Shown here piece by piece: positions 24,401-35,942 of a stretch of 64,000 nt of DNA; the stretch's first letter is position 1, and each line of letters opens with the position of its first letter. Origin of the DNA: Tubulanus polymorphus (taxonomy: Eukaryota; Animalia; Nemertea); contig NW_027437432.1 in assembly GCF_964204645.1 (NCBI RefSeq), positions 1 to 64,000 on the forward strand, read 5' to 3'. The translations under genes were made by a program, and so were the position numbers. Below the pieces are notes generated by a model. That model was not told the DNA's origin. It saw nothing but the letters and a program-made list of their open reading frames with translations, and made no database searches.

Positions 24401-27400
24401 TATCATCGGTTTAAATGTTCGATCTTCAACTTCTATTCGATGCTCCCTAAAAATAAACAGATTCTTCATGATGTCAACCAGTTCAATATGAAACAAACAG
24501 ATTCTTCACAATGTCGACCAGTTCAATATAAAACAAACAGATTCTTCACAATGTTGACCAGTTCAATATAAGACAAACAGATTCTTCACAATGTCGACCA
24601 GTTCAATATAAGACTAACAGATTCTTCACAATGTCGACCAGTTCAATATAAGACAAACAGATTCTTCACAATGTCGACCAGTTCAATAAACGACTCCTGT
24701 GTTAAAACTTACTTTTGTGAAGCTCTAACTCGAACTATTGTAAGATGTTTTTTATCAATAGTTCCAGCTTCAGCTTGGAAATAATAGATACCAGGATTTC
24801 TAGAAAACAGTAAAAATAGAAAATTAATCAGTCTCACAAATTACAGTCATCCAAAATAAACCAAACTGGAAACTAATAAAGAGCACATCTTACCTGAATT
24901 CATGTTTGTAAACACCAGAAGAAGTTGCTATCCCGGTTCTAAAAATAAATCATTTCATCATCAATGCGGTTCAGTCAGATGGTAACAATTAACACTAGTA
25001 AATGTAGATAGACGAACAGCTAGAATATAATTGATATTTTACCCTGATGTATTTTCTGGTTTGATAATTCCACAGTGTTTTGAGCAATATTTCACTTCAT
25101 ACATGAGATGTTGTATTTCACATAGTTTCCATTGCCATTTCACAATCGTTCCTTGATCAATGTGTAAAACTGGATTAGTAAATCCTGCGTCCGTTAATTC
25201 AGCTGTTAATTCTTTCCTTTCTTGAACGACGACGATCAGAGGGGTACAGCGTAGTCCGGCACTAGAATTATACACATAAAAACAATGACGATCAGAGGGG
25301 TACGGCGTAGTCCGGCACTAGAATTATACACATAAAAACATTGACGATCAGAGGGGTACGGCGTAGTCCGGCACTAGAATTACATATACCAGTTTAAAGA
25401 GAGCCAAGTATACCCCGTTCTACAAGAGTTGGATTTAACTATCTTTAACTGTTTGAAATATCAATAAGTGTTAAACCTGATGTTCAGAGTTAAATATTAA
25501 AGATATAACCGTTAAAATGAGTTGATAATTTGACAGTAGAGGTAAAATATCGGAAATAAACTTAACAACTTATATTCTAGAATTAAACAAACAACAACTG
25601 CGGAACTGGATCCTGGATTCTTCAGTCAAGAGACATGTTTTTTACCTGACAAATTTATATTCTCCGGCTAAATTGAACTGATGTTCATAATGACCTTCTT
25701 TAGTTAACGGTCCGCTGTAAATACCGCCGGTAACCGGTCGAAACTGGTCTCCATCATGCACTACCTACAAATACAAATACAAATCAAAACTATCAACGTA
25801 TAAACAAGAGTAATGGATCTGATATTTCTGGGCGCAGTTTCTACGGGTAAATCCTCAATCTAGTTATAACCATGGTTATAACTGACAAATTTCAAACCGT
25901 TCCCAGGGACTATCTGTCTTCCATATCTATGAAACCGAGCCCTGATGTTTAATGGTTACATATTGATTTCTTAACGACAAAAACAAGAAAATCATTTATT
26001 TCGCTACAAAAGAAATCAATTTTCTACTAAAGGTAAAATCTGCATTATTTATTGAACTGTTCCGTTAAACAGGTCGATCACGATCAAGAAAATAATAGTT
26101 CCTTAGTAACTGCTCAACTGGTCTCATCTGTTATGGTAACCAGTGACAGCGCGATTATTAAAATGACCTTCACAGCATTAATTAATGACCTTCACAGATA
26201 TAAGATCCAGATCAACAATAATTTACTGAATATATTCTAAAATCATCAATAAACTAGTATCTCGTCAGAGTTTGTATCGGCACTAGATGACTCGTAGAGT
26301 ATAGTAGTAGCTTTATTGATAAAATCATTTGATTCTAGATTTCTAGATAGGTTGGCGCCTAAAGGGAGTGTAATATTAGCAACTGTTGAGTTAGTGAGAT
26401 TGGATGGGGACTGATGGGGGTAGATACTGTACAGTGTGATGTCACCGACTTCAAACAAACAGCACAAAAAAAAATATCAGCCGATATATTACTATCAGAT
26501 CAGCGTAACCCATGGCAACAGAGAATATAAACGGAGTGATGAATCTATTTATAGACACAGATTCACTGACAAGGAGTGGGAAGGGGAGAGGAGTGGGGAG
26601 AGGGAGTTAGTAGAGAGGGGTAGGGAGAGGGAGTGGAGAAAATGGGGAAGTGGAATGTGTCTAAGAACCCCAGTGTGGTCTAGATTTACACCAGACCCCG
26701 ACACACTCAGACCCCAGTGTGGTCTAGATTTACACCAGACCCCGACACACTCAGACCACAGTGTGGTCTAGGTTTACACCAGACTCCGACACACTCAGAC
26801 CCCAGTGTGGTCTAGGTTTACACCAGACCCCGACACACTCAGACCACAGCGTGGTCTAGGTTTACACCAGACCCCGACACACTCAGACCACAGCGTGGTC
26901 TAGGTTTACACCAGACCCCGACACACTCAGACCCCAGTGTGGTCTAGGTTTACACCAGACCCCGACACACTCAGACCACAGCGTGGTCTAGGTTTACACC
27001 AGACCCCGACACACTCAGACCCCAGTGTGGTCTAGGTTTACACCAGACCCCGACACACTCAGACCACAGTGTGGTCTAGGTTTACACCAGACCCCGACAC
27101 ACTCAGACCACAGTGTGGTCTAGGTTTACACCAGACCCCGACACACTCAGACCACAGCGTGGTCTAGGTTTATGGTAAGTTTCACATGGATTGTGCTGAT
27201 CTCTATTACCGGTATAATATTATATGATCAGATTAAAATGTGTTGTGTATTTTACTAAGAGGATTAGAGAAACTCAAACAGAAATCAATCACACGTTTCT
27301 ACTGCTTTCTACTGAATTTAATCCTCCTTCACTGGCAATTCAGCTGCTGATGATGGGAGAGACTGGGGTACTGATGAAATTCAGCTGCTGATGCTGGCGC

Positions 27401-29001
27401 TGGTGATGTTGGGAGAGACTGGGGTACTGATGAAATTCAGCTGCTGATGCTGGTGCTGGTGATGTTGGGAGAGACTGGGGTACTGATGAAATTCAGCTGC
27501 TGATGCTGGTGCTGGTGATGTTGGGAGAGACTGGGGTACTGATGAAATTCAGCTGCTGATGCTGGTGCTGGTGATGTTGGGAGAGACTGGGGTACTGATG
27601 AAATTCAGCTGCTGATGCTGGTGCTGGTGATGTTGGGAGAGACTGGGGTACTGATGAAATTCAGCTGCTGATGCTGGTGCTGGTGATGTTGGGAGAGACT
27701 GGGGTACTGATGAAATTCAGCTGCTGATGCTGGTGCTGCTGATGATGGGAGAGACTGGGGTACTGATGAAATTCAGCTGCTGATGCTGGTGCTGGTGATG
27801 TTGGGAGAGACTGGGGTACTGATGAAATTCAGCTGCTGATGCTGGTGCTGGTGATGTTGGGAGAGACTGGGGTACTGATGAAATTCAGCTGCTGATGCTG
27901 GTGCTGGTGATGTTGGGAGAGACTGGGGTACTGATGAAATTCAGCTGCTGATGCTGGTGCTGGTGATGTTGGGAGAGACTGGGGTACTGATGAAATTCAG
28001 CTGCTGATGCTGGTGCTGGTGATGTTGGGAGAGACTGGGGTACTGATGAAATTCAGCTGCTGATGCTGGTACTGTGATAAAACTGACAGCTAATGAAGAC
28101 TGACAAGATCCGGCTAATCACTACTTATAAAACACACATTGACAACGTGTAAGTGCAGTGAAACTAACCACCCTGTGGGGGGGGGGGGACTGACGGGACT
28201 GAAGTGGTTCACAGAGAGAGAGAGTGGCTGTGTCCTCCACTTCATATTGATATTTACAGTGGAAATTGCTCACTATCCACCTCTATACAAACTACATGTA
28301 CTGGGTGAGAAGGTGTCGTCATTAGTAACTAATCATAATTTTACTGAATTGTTGAGAAGAGAAGTTCATCATTAGTAATTAATCATAATTTAGTTTTCAC
28401 TTCACCCGTGGGACAGGGTAGGATACTAACACGCAATGGAACAAGTCTCATGATGGATGGATGGATGATCGACATAGTGTTATCCATATAACCCTCAAAT
28501 CGTGTTACCTTGTATAATCCTCAAAGTGTTACCCCTATAACCCTCAAATAGTGTTACCTGTATAACGTTATAACCATTTCCAACCGGATCATCCCAGGCA
28601 AATGTTAAAACCTGTCCCTCTGATAGTGTTACCGCTTGTAATGAAAATCCACTGCGAGATATCACTACAATATTCAACGGTCCTGAAATATAAAATATAA
28701 TTCCTCCAATGACATCATCGCAATGGTTGGTTCTAAAGTAGATCGGGTTTAACTCATTCAGGTTCTTACCTTTCCGTTCATTGTTTAGAGCTGAAACTTT
28801 TTTCCATGTTTTTTGACTGGCAGCTGACCGGGCGGATAAAACAGGTCGACTGGTCGCAGGTCGACTGGTCGCGGGTCGACTGGTCGTTGTGTTACTAGTC
28901 GATTGTTGAACTAGTTTAGGAGATTGACGAGTGGATGATGAAACGACTGATCCGTTACCGGACGGATCCACATCACCTTCAACTGAAGCTCCCGTTCCCA
29001 T
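3488..29001 (-). CDS. Giant uncharacterised multidomain protein: myristoylation motif, 7 cupredoxin-like repeats, Fn3-associated domain, about 16 FN3, TlpA-like thioredoxin (CxxS), basic tail; more than 50 exons
   Basis: Chain of short minus-strand exons with GT-AG junctions from ATG at 29001 (MGTGAS) to TGA at 3488. Phases were checked for the N-terminal half and the C-terminal exons, and only partly across the FN3 array. Continuity across 13.9-16.5 kb is inferred from phase, so two isoforms or two genes are possible. Confidence 0.75.
3946..4800 (-). other. Exons encoding a TlpA/redoxin-like thioredoxin-fold domain with WCLAS (CxxS)
   Basis: Spliced: PVPAPPCALRDVFDGEFKPMIAGNTDKPTVILFWTH-W|CLASMK...LSKKLKIQGVPYITIMYPQN-NLVWQG. 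This matches the TlpA layout PAPxFxLxDxDG...KPVVLxFWAxWCxxC...GVPxxxxIDxxGxIVW. Confidence 0.75.
5160..13641 (-). other. Exons encoding about 14 fibronectin type III repeats (2 more at about 18577-19722)
   Basis: Repeated PxxP...IxLxW..P...GYxVxxNG...LxPGxxYxVxVxA patterns, e.g. in ORFs 8891-9856, 7325-7741 and 11610-11831. Confidence 0.85.
8340..8615. repeat. About 31-bp intronic minisatellite next to an acceptor
   Basis: About 9 copies of agaaaactgggtcaactgtgagataac plus a short variable tail. Confidence 0.9.
14310..14670. promoter_or_regulatory. Module of palindromic TAACCCTAGGGTTA, inverted CCAAT boxes and an octamer
   Basis: Multiple taaccctagggtta, three tgattggtctag and one atgcaaat. 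A related module lies in reverse orientation at 32690-32980. Regulatory function is inferred. Confidence 0.4.
16580..17460. repeat. 31-bp intronic minisatellite, about 28 copies
   Basis: Unit acagtgtactctggtctcatagatacagtgt. Confidence 0.95.
20084..20421 (-). other. Exons encoding an Fn3-associated/CHB_HEX_C-like domain
   Basis: VKLTCQTVDAKIFYTLDGSLP...IYKPDKGIVLKESGLFVIRALAVSDSCLQSDV carries the I(Y/F)YTLDGSxP and (I/V)(R/K)AxAV hallmarks of this family. Confidence 0.8.
20536..20785. repeat. 15/18-bp composite intronic minisatellite
   Basis: Variants of ctgtaccactcgggca / ctgtactactcgggacg. Confidence 0.9.
22875..23162. repeat. 51-bp intronic minisatellite beside a donor
   Basis: About 5.5 copies of tagataaactactaggaggaagatggatagatagacagacagatagacagg. 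Confidence 0.9.
24455..24690. repeat. About 40-bp intronic minisatellite abutting an acceptor
   Basis: About 6 copies of aaacagattcttcacaatgtcgaccagttcaatataagac. Confidence 0.9.
25231..25382. repeat. 56-bp triplication spanning a splice acceptor and exon start
   Basis: gacgatcagaggggtac(a/g)gcgtagtccggcactagaatta... at 25231, 25287 and 25343. Confidence 0.9.
26505..26519. promoter_or_regulatory. Second RFX X-box in the long intron after coding exon 2
   Basis: GTAACC-CAT-GGCAAC. Further partial matches are gttccttagtaac (26098-26110) and gttatggtaac (about 26130). Confidence 0.5.
26668..27172. repeat. About 44-bp hairpin-containing minisatellite
   Basis: Unit cagtgtggtctaggtttacaccagaccccgacacactcagac(c/a)..., about 11 copies. 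Confidence 0.95.
27337..28072. repeat. 56-bp minisatellite, about 13 copies
   Basis: Unit gaaattcagctgctgatgctggtgctggtgatgttgggagagactggggtactgat; not a multiple of 3. Confidence 0.95.
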
Positions 29002-29186
29002 TATTTATCAATCAATATCTAATTTAAATAAAATATCAATATTTTAAAATTAAAAATATCAACAATTGAAATATGTTTTTTTTTATGAAAAAAATAGCGT
29101 TGACTCCAAAATAAATATCAGACAATGTAATATTTTCAGGTGTGTTACTTGACTTCCTGTTACTGATTACACCAATTATCAGCTTA

Positions 29187-29201
29187 GTTGCCCTCGGCAA
29201 C
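29187..29201. promoter_or_regulatory. RFX X-box about 190 bp upstream of the giant gene ATG
   Basis: GTTGCC-CTC-GGCAAC fits the consensus GTNRCC(N0-3)RGYAAC. Confidence 0.6.
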
Positions 29202-29473
29202 AAACGACTTTATACGAACAATGTATTTCTAAAAGCGACAAAAAATATTGAGCAGAAATTTCAGGCGTCTTTGATTTTGATAAAATGAATGGTGAGGAAC
29301 AAAAATTTGGAAAATGAGACTAAAAGCTAGAATTTTAATCTAATAACAAGAGAATTATTGATATGTGACTGATAGAATTCAATCAATATCATTTACTTCA
29401 GATAAACAAATAATTATTAAACATATTGAACGATTTATTGTCATTATACAAATATTACCCACACTTACTTATA

Positions 29474-29590
29474 CAAACAAGTGCCGCTAATATTCACAAA
29501 CAAGTGCCGCTAATATTCACAGACAAGTGCCGCTAATATTCACAAACAAGTGCCGCTAATATTCACAAACAAGTGCCGCTAATTCACAGT
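29474..29590. repeat. 23-bp minisatellite x5
   Basis: Unit acaaacaagtgccgctaatattc. Confidence 0.9.
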
Positions 29591-32500
29591 ATAATTTGGT
29601 ACAAATTCCATTGTTTAAGAATAAGAAAACCTACCTGAAATGAGATATCATAGTGAAGCAGTGTACTGTGTTTGGTTACTATGCTTTCATTGAACACACC
29701 GCACGGCACTGGTACCTGCCGCCCGCCCAGTAACTGTAATTAATAAATTAAATATTTATTATTTATTTCAACACGATGACTCTCCCCATACACCCCCTTT
29801 CTCTCTCTTAACTCCCTATTGGATATATAAATCAGATGTGCTATGACTTGAAGTCTAACTGTAGTTACAAATACTGCATGAATATATCTTCAAATCTCAG
29901 TGCAACAAAACGAGCAGATTCCGGTCTATAGCTAAATATAGAGAGAATCTTCCTCTAGATGATTAACACGGTGATTCCACCTACTCATCCCTCCTCCTCT
30001 CTCAACCTCCCCCAAAACACAGGTGATCCCCATTCTAAAAATAAAATGGTATCCATATTAACCCTAACCCAGGGTAACCCTGTTAACCCTAACCCAAGGG
30101 TAACCCTGTTAACCTTAACCCAAGCCCATCATCTAGAGAAGACAGATTTTGAGTAATTGAACTGAATTTATTTAATCATTTATCAAATTAATAAATAATT
30201 TTAACAATCTGTGAGTGATAAATAATTAATATCATCAATTCAGTCAGTTAACAGATACTGGTCTAGTGAGCAATCATTGTGTCGACCATTAACTATTCAT
30301 CAGTAACACCTCAGCACTACATTCATTCATTCATTTCTGCTTCTTTTACACATATCTTAAAAATACATTCATTTGGAAACATCAAACTGTTAAATCACAA
30401 TCACTGTTTTTACTGTGTATTGACTTGGAGTCACAAACAGTCTAATTAAACGTACGTACAACTAGAACCTACTTTCAAATATACTCTAAAAAATTGAATG
30501 GAGTTAAACTTATTTTGAAACTGAATCCAGGAGAAGTGAGTTAGGTTTATAACATCACCTTGCCAAACACCAATTTAGATCAAGTTTGATTTAGACTGGT
30601 TTCAATGTGTGTTTTATTTCTAGGTGACGTTGGAATGAATGGATGCGATATAAATGTCTATTTAAATCATTCAAAACGGCGTTAAATAGAAAAACAGCTT
30701 TGACAAATAAAAACACGACCAGTTTCTAAAGAGTGGAACTCCTACTGTCAACAATTTATAAAATACCTAAAAGTCCTAGATACGTGAAACGACAATGGAC
30801 CTCTAGGTTTCTGTATGATAAAGAATAACTATAAATATTCAAAGATTATTCCAGAATTTTATATCAAAATCAAACAAACGATAAAAATATTTTACGATCT
30901 AAAAACTTGCAGTAAATCGAGATTCCTTTGGTTCTGTTGAAACATAAATTCTGTCGTTGAGATTTCATCTTTTTAAGAAGTTTCGTTTTAATCTATTTCT
31001 GAATGTGTAGATTTTCAAGCAAATTTAAAATGAATATTTTTCACAAATTGACATAAAACAATTTGAAGGTATTTGATTAATGTTACTTTAATAGCACCTA
31101 CCTGACGTACACCAGGCCAAGTTTTAATCAATTTTAATGATTGATTCCTACTTATAAAACCTTTTTCAATTCTATTTTCCAGAATGAAATATATATAAGA
31201 GCTTTATGACTTTTGGAATTTTTATTTCATATTTATGTCAAACCAGTCGAAGCTTTCATTTCTATATATGTATAATATATAGCGACATAAAAAGGCGTCC
31301 GTTGTATGAAATACTCAATCACCATGGAGCGAAACAACTTTCTATAACAAATGACTTTATCTTAAAAATTTCACGTTCAATTGACCCAATTTACGACAGT
31401 TTTTCAGTGGTTTTCATTACATTGAAATTAAAACGAGATTTATTTCAATGATCTAATGATTCTCAAGGTGTCTAGCAACCGCAGAGCGTAAATAGATCAA
31501 TTTATATTTTATTGAAATTATCGGGTTCAAGAGGTTCAAATGAATTTAAAAGCGTTTAGCAGCGAATAGAGATTAATCGATAGGACTCAGGAGGGGAAAG
31601 GGTTAAATTATTGGAAGCGTTAAAGTCTATAAACTTAGTTTTATTTATTCATTGTAAAACAATAAATCAATTTTCTAATTAAATCTTTTTTTCTTGTACG
31701 GCATTTGATAAAATAGAAACTGATAAAGTTTCATGGATGGAATTTTCTACTGTAGGATTAGATCCAGTTCTTCAGTTCTGGGTTTAGTTTAACTCTATAC
31801 AATTTAAAATCAATTTATTTTCAATGTTTTTAAGTTGAATATTGTTGAACTGAAGCCACAACTAAAAGTTCGGGCGCCAGGGAACCGAATCAGGTATTTC
31901 ATGACCTTCTTGGTAGAAAATTGGACCAATTGCATTTGAAGAATTTCAGGCTATGTGTCCTTAGACAAATATTTCAGAATATTAAACTCAGCATGAACCA
32001 AATTCCTAGTGAAACAAGTTTAAGGAAAGAAACGCTCGACACGCACGCAATGGTATAAATAACAGGTTATTCACTAATGAGGCTTTTATAAAATATGGCA
32101 GTCAACATGGCAGCCATTAGAGTCAGACGTGGTTACACGGCTATTTATATGAGATTTTTAAATGTAGACTCGAGACATTATAAACCCCTAACCTCCTAAA
32201 CATTACATGTCTCCAATATTACACAAAGTGAAATCATCAGTCCACGAGTTCAACGAAGAGAAATGAGTTTGAATGAAATCAGACATTTTTATTTAGATTT
32301 CATTTCAGGGCTGACAAAGAATTAGTCTCTGAAACTAGTTGGCTGTGTGATGATAATTGAAAGTCATAGGATTTAGACTGAGATGTCAATTCTCCAATAG
32401 GTTCAGCTCCTTCCATTCGAGTAGAAAGGGCTTTTAGCTTTTTATTATGAAATTACTTTAATATCGGGCGTGATGTGTTAATTAATGCTTGAGATATTAA

Positions 32501-32689
32501 GTTCTATTATTAAGGACATCCATCCCAATGTAGGCCTACATGAAGTTTTAATCAGCCCCAGTCAACAGGTAGTAATGTATTGTAACCTATTGTAGGGTAT
32601 TGTAATGTATTGCAGCTGATTCTGTGATATGTAACATCAGAATTTTATCGATATAACTTTGGAATAAATCAAAGTTATGAGACTTGATG

Positions 32690-32980
32690 AAACTCTAGGT
32701 CTGGCCTCACTTGACCAGTAGTAACCCTAACCCTAGGGTTAGTCTATTAGTCCGAGAGGTGATGTAGCTAGGGTTAGTAAACCACACTAACCCTAGCTGT
32801 GGCCTGTATCATGTGATCACTCTTGACCAATGGCGTAACCCTAACCCTAGGGTTAGTTTATTTCAACCCTAGGTGAGGTACCTAGGGTTAAACTATAGGT
32901 GTGACTAAAGTTGATTTGCATCACAGAGGACCTGAGCTCTTGACCAATGACAGTCTATTGACCAGTCAGTAAGCCATGTG
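32690..32980. promoter_or_regulatory. Second CCAAT/octamer/TAACCCTAGGGTTA module, reverse orientation to 14310-14670
   Basis: taaccctaaccctagggttag x2, ttgaccaat x2, atttgcat, ctagggttagtaaacca. Confidence 0.4.
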
Positions 32981-35409
32981 TAGACTCGTCTGTTTGTTTA
33001 TACAGATCAGTATCAGCTGCTGCAGCCTCCTACCCACCCGGACCTTGACTTTATAAGTTCTTAAATTGAATGTCTGATGCCATAGTTATAAACATAGCAT
33101 ACACTACAACCAACAAGGGAACAGGTGGCAGTCGCGGGGCGCAGTGTGACTGTTGTGTCACTTCCATCCTTCTTGAAATCCATGACATAGCCTACCTACC
33201 AACAGTGACTATTGTGCCAATTTAAAGACCCCTTACTTCACGGAATCAACCTCTTGTATGATATGAGCAGCTGGAATGAGATAGGCCAATTGAATCAGTG
33301 ACACATATCGCGCGCCGGACGCGACGGGTCCAGTAGCCAGTCTCTCTCTCTCCGCTCCCATCCCGGCGGCCCGCTTCTCATTCAAAATATATTAACTATT
33401 TGTATATTTGTTCCACGATAAATTGACGCCAAAATGTGTTAAATAAATATCTGTTACTTACATAAAGAGACAAACGGTAGAACTGTATTTAATGATAGTT
33501 TAATTAAGAACCGTTCGATTAGGCGAGCACTGGTCTCCGCGTTTCAACGACTGAGTAATGATTGTTTACACTCTATATCCATGCGACGTCACAACGATTA
33601 TAAACACATATAAATATATTACTCCTCTCACTAAAACACGTCATTCCGTTCTAATAAAATTCTCTCTATTTTATCTTTGAATAATTATGATCAATTTTAC
33701 GAGATGAATTATGATTTACTGGTGAAAATAGAGTTTTTATTCATGTCACATCGATTTCGGGCGTTCAATTAGTTCATCATTCGAGCGACAGAGGGAAGCA
33801 CTGGCTGGTACTAATGAGTTTAACTAATTAAAGAATCAAAAAGCTCCGTTAAAAGCAAAAACACGAACGCACATTTATATTTTTACAAAGTTTTGATATT
33901 TTTATTCTTTTTATTTTATAAAATGAAAACATTCTACAGGGTTTAAAAGCTAACCAGTATTTTTTTATTTTTTTTATTTTCAAAATTTACATGATTACTG
34001 AGTTGTTTTTTTTGTATTTGTTTGTAATTATTGCACAATTTTAAAAATTATTTTCATTTACACAAGTAACGGTTTGATGTTGTTACGCCAAGCATTTCAC
34101 TACACAGTGACTCTTTAGGGACTCTAGTAATTGAACTGCTGAACTGAGTCCTGAAACTGAGTTCTACAGCACAGCTCAGAATCCAGTAACACTAATGTGG
34201 AACTGGGTACCAGTACCGTACGTGCATCCACTGAGTAACCACTGATCAGATCATTGACCAAAATAACTAAAAAATAGTCTTATTCTAAAATATTTCATTC
34301 TCAGATTAAACCTATAAGTTGAGATGTAGTTGACCTAATGTCGAAATGCAGCCAAATATAATTGAAGTAAATTCTATCAGGCAACAATTCAATGTTCTCA
34401 AATTAACCGAATTCTGTTGAATTATTATTCATTTCAATTACGTATGATACACCTACATTCAAACATTACTGGCGCAACGCCAATTTTTGGGTCACAAGAT
34501 AATTGATAATTATTTTACTGGAGCCATTTTTCAAACATTAACAAAAACATATTTACAATTTTACAAGTGATAGATTCATTCTGTATAGTTCAGACAGTTA
34601 CCCTGGTCAATGTTTGGATTCTGACCTATGTCAGCCGTTACTCAAAGTTAAAAACATTTGTATGTTTTATCTGACATCAAGGTGTATTTTGATTTTTATA
34701 CAGTGCATAAGGCTGAGCTGGGCACTGTTTGGTGCTGGGAGCATTTCCTAATCACATCATATGAAAAATATCCAGCGCGATCACACAAGTTCTTGATCAT
34801 TAGGGATCACGAGAATGTAACTAAAAAAGCATTGATAATTTCAATCACCTTCCGATTAAATTCATAATGACCACAAAAATAAACTTTCAAAGTATGGATA
34901 ATTTTGATAAAATTGGACCGTGATCACCTTCAGATCATATGCATGGTGATCGCGATACCTAACTAGTAAAGTATTGATGATTTTGATCAAATCAGCATCT
35001 GATCAAAAGTTGTTCTAACTCGCTCGTATGATGGGGCAGTGTTAAAATTCTAGTTGAAACTCATGAAATGTTTAACAAGTGCCATGATTTCAGTCATCAT
35101 AGAGGCGGAGGGTGGCCCGGGGGCTGCGGCCCGAGGGCAGGTGGAGGGTGGCCCGGGGGCTGCGGCCCGAGGGCGTGGTGGTTTATCTCTTCAAATGCAA
35201 ACATTTTAGACTCAAATTTCAGATACCGGTATGTTTTGATTTATTTGATCGATGGAATATCGGAGAGACAGGAAGTTAGAACTGATGTGATTCACGCGTC
35301 GTCAATTTTACACTTGACTGAAAGAAACTCGTTATTCCCTACAAAGCACATTATAATAATTACAAACAAGACAGGTTTCGAAATATACAAAAACAAAAAT
35401 AAGTTTCTT

Positions 35410-35942
35410 CGAGCAGTGGCTGAGCGATGACCTCATCACTTTGAGGAGACCGAGCAGTGACTGAGCGATGACCTCATCACTTCGAGGAGACCGAGCAGTG
35501 ACTGAGCGATGACCTCATCACTTTGAGGAGACCGAGCAGTGGCTGAGCGATGACCTCATCACTTCGAGGAGACCGAGCAGTGACTGAGCGATGACCTCAT
35601 CACTTTGAGGAGACCGAGCAGTGGCTGAGCGATGACCTCATCACTTTGAGGAGACCGAGCAGTGACTGAGCGATGACCTCATCACTTTGAGGAGACCGAG
35701 CAGTGGCTGAGCGATGACCTCATCACTTCGAGGAGACCGAGCAGTGGCTGAGCGATGACCTCATCACTTTGAGGAGACCGAGCAGTGGCTGAGCGATGAC
35801 CTCATCACTTCGAGGAGACCGAGCAGTGACTGAGCGATGACCTCATCACTTTGAGGAGACCGAGCAGTGGCTGAGCGATGACCTCATCACTTTGAGGAGA
35901 CCGAGCAGTGGCTGAGCGATGACCTCATCACTTTGAGGAGAC
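35410..35942. repeat. 41-bp minisatellite, about 13 copies
   Basis: Unit cgagcagtg(g/a)ctgagcgatgacctcatcactt(t/c)gaggagac. Confidence 0.95.

Larger units (their letters stand above)
20799..28682 (-). other. Exons encoding seven tandem cupredoxin (plastocyanin/amicyanin-like) repeats
   Basis: Recurring pattern (V/I)x(V/L)xxxGFxPxxLxIxxGDxVxWxW...HN(I/V)xQ...F(N/C)SG...(Y/F)xxxFxxPGxYxY...GxIxV, e.g. VHVTDKGFEPKVLSVHSNDRVWWVW...HNIIQ...FCSG...FTSPGVYYYIS...FGAIVV. Confidence 0.75.

Noticed and set aside
26246-26467. 73-aa Ser/Thr/Asn-rich ORF in the giant gene intron
   Set aside because: Non-ATG start, no recognisable motif, and no compatible splice sites found.
27337-28072. Hammerhead/retrozyme (ctgatga in unit) or coding repeat
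   Set aside because: No stem II followed by a separate GAAA and stem III. The 56-bp unit breaks frame and meets stops.
35410-35942. Hammerhead-like tgatgagg...cctcgaag on the minus strand
   Set aside because: Core nucleotides C3 and A15.1 are wrong, and stem II does not pair beyond two bases.
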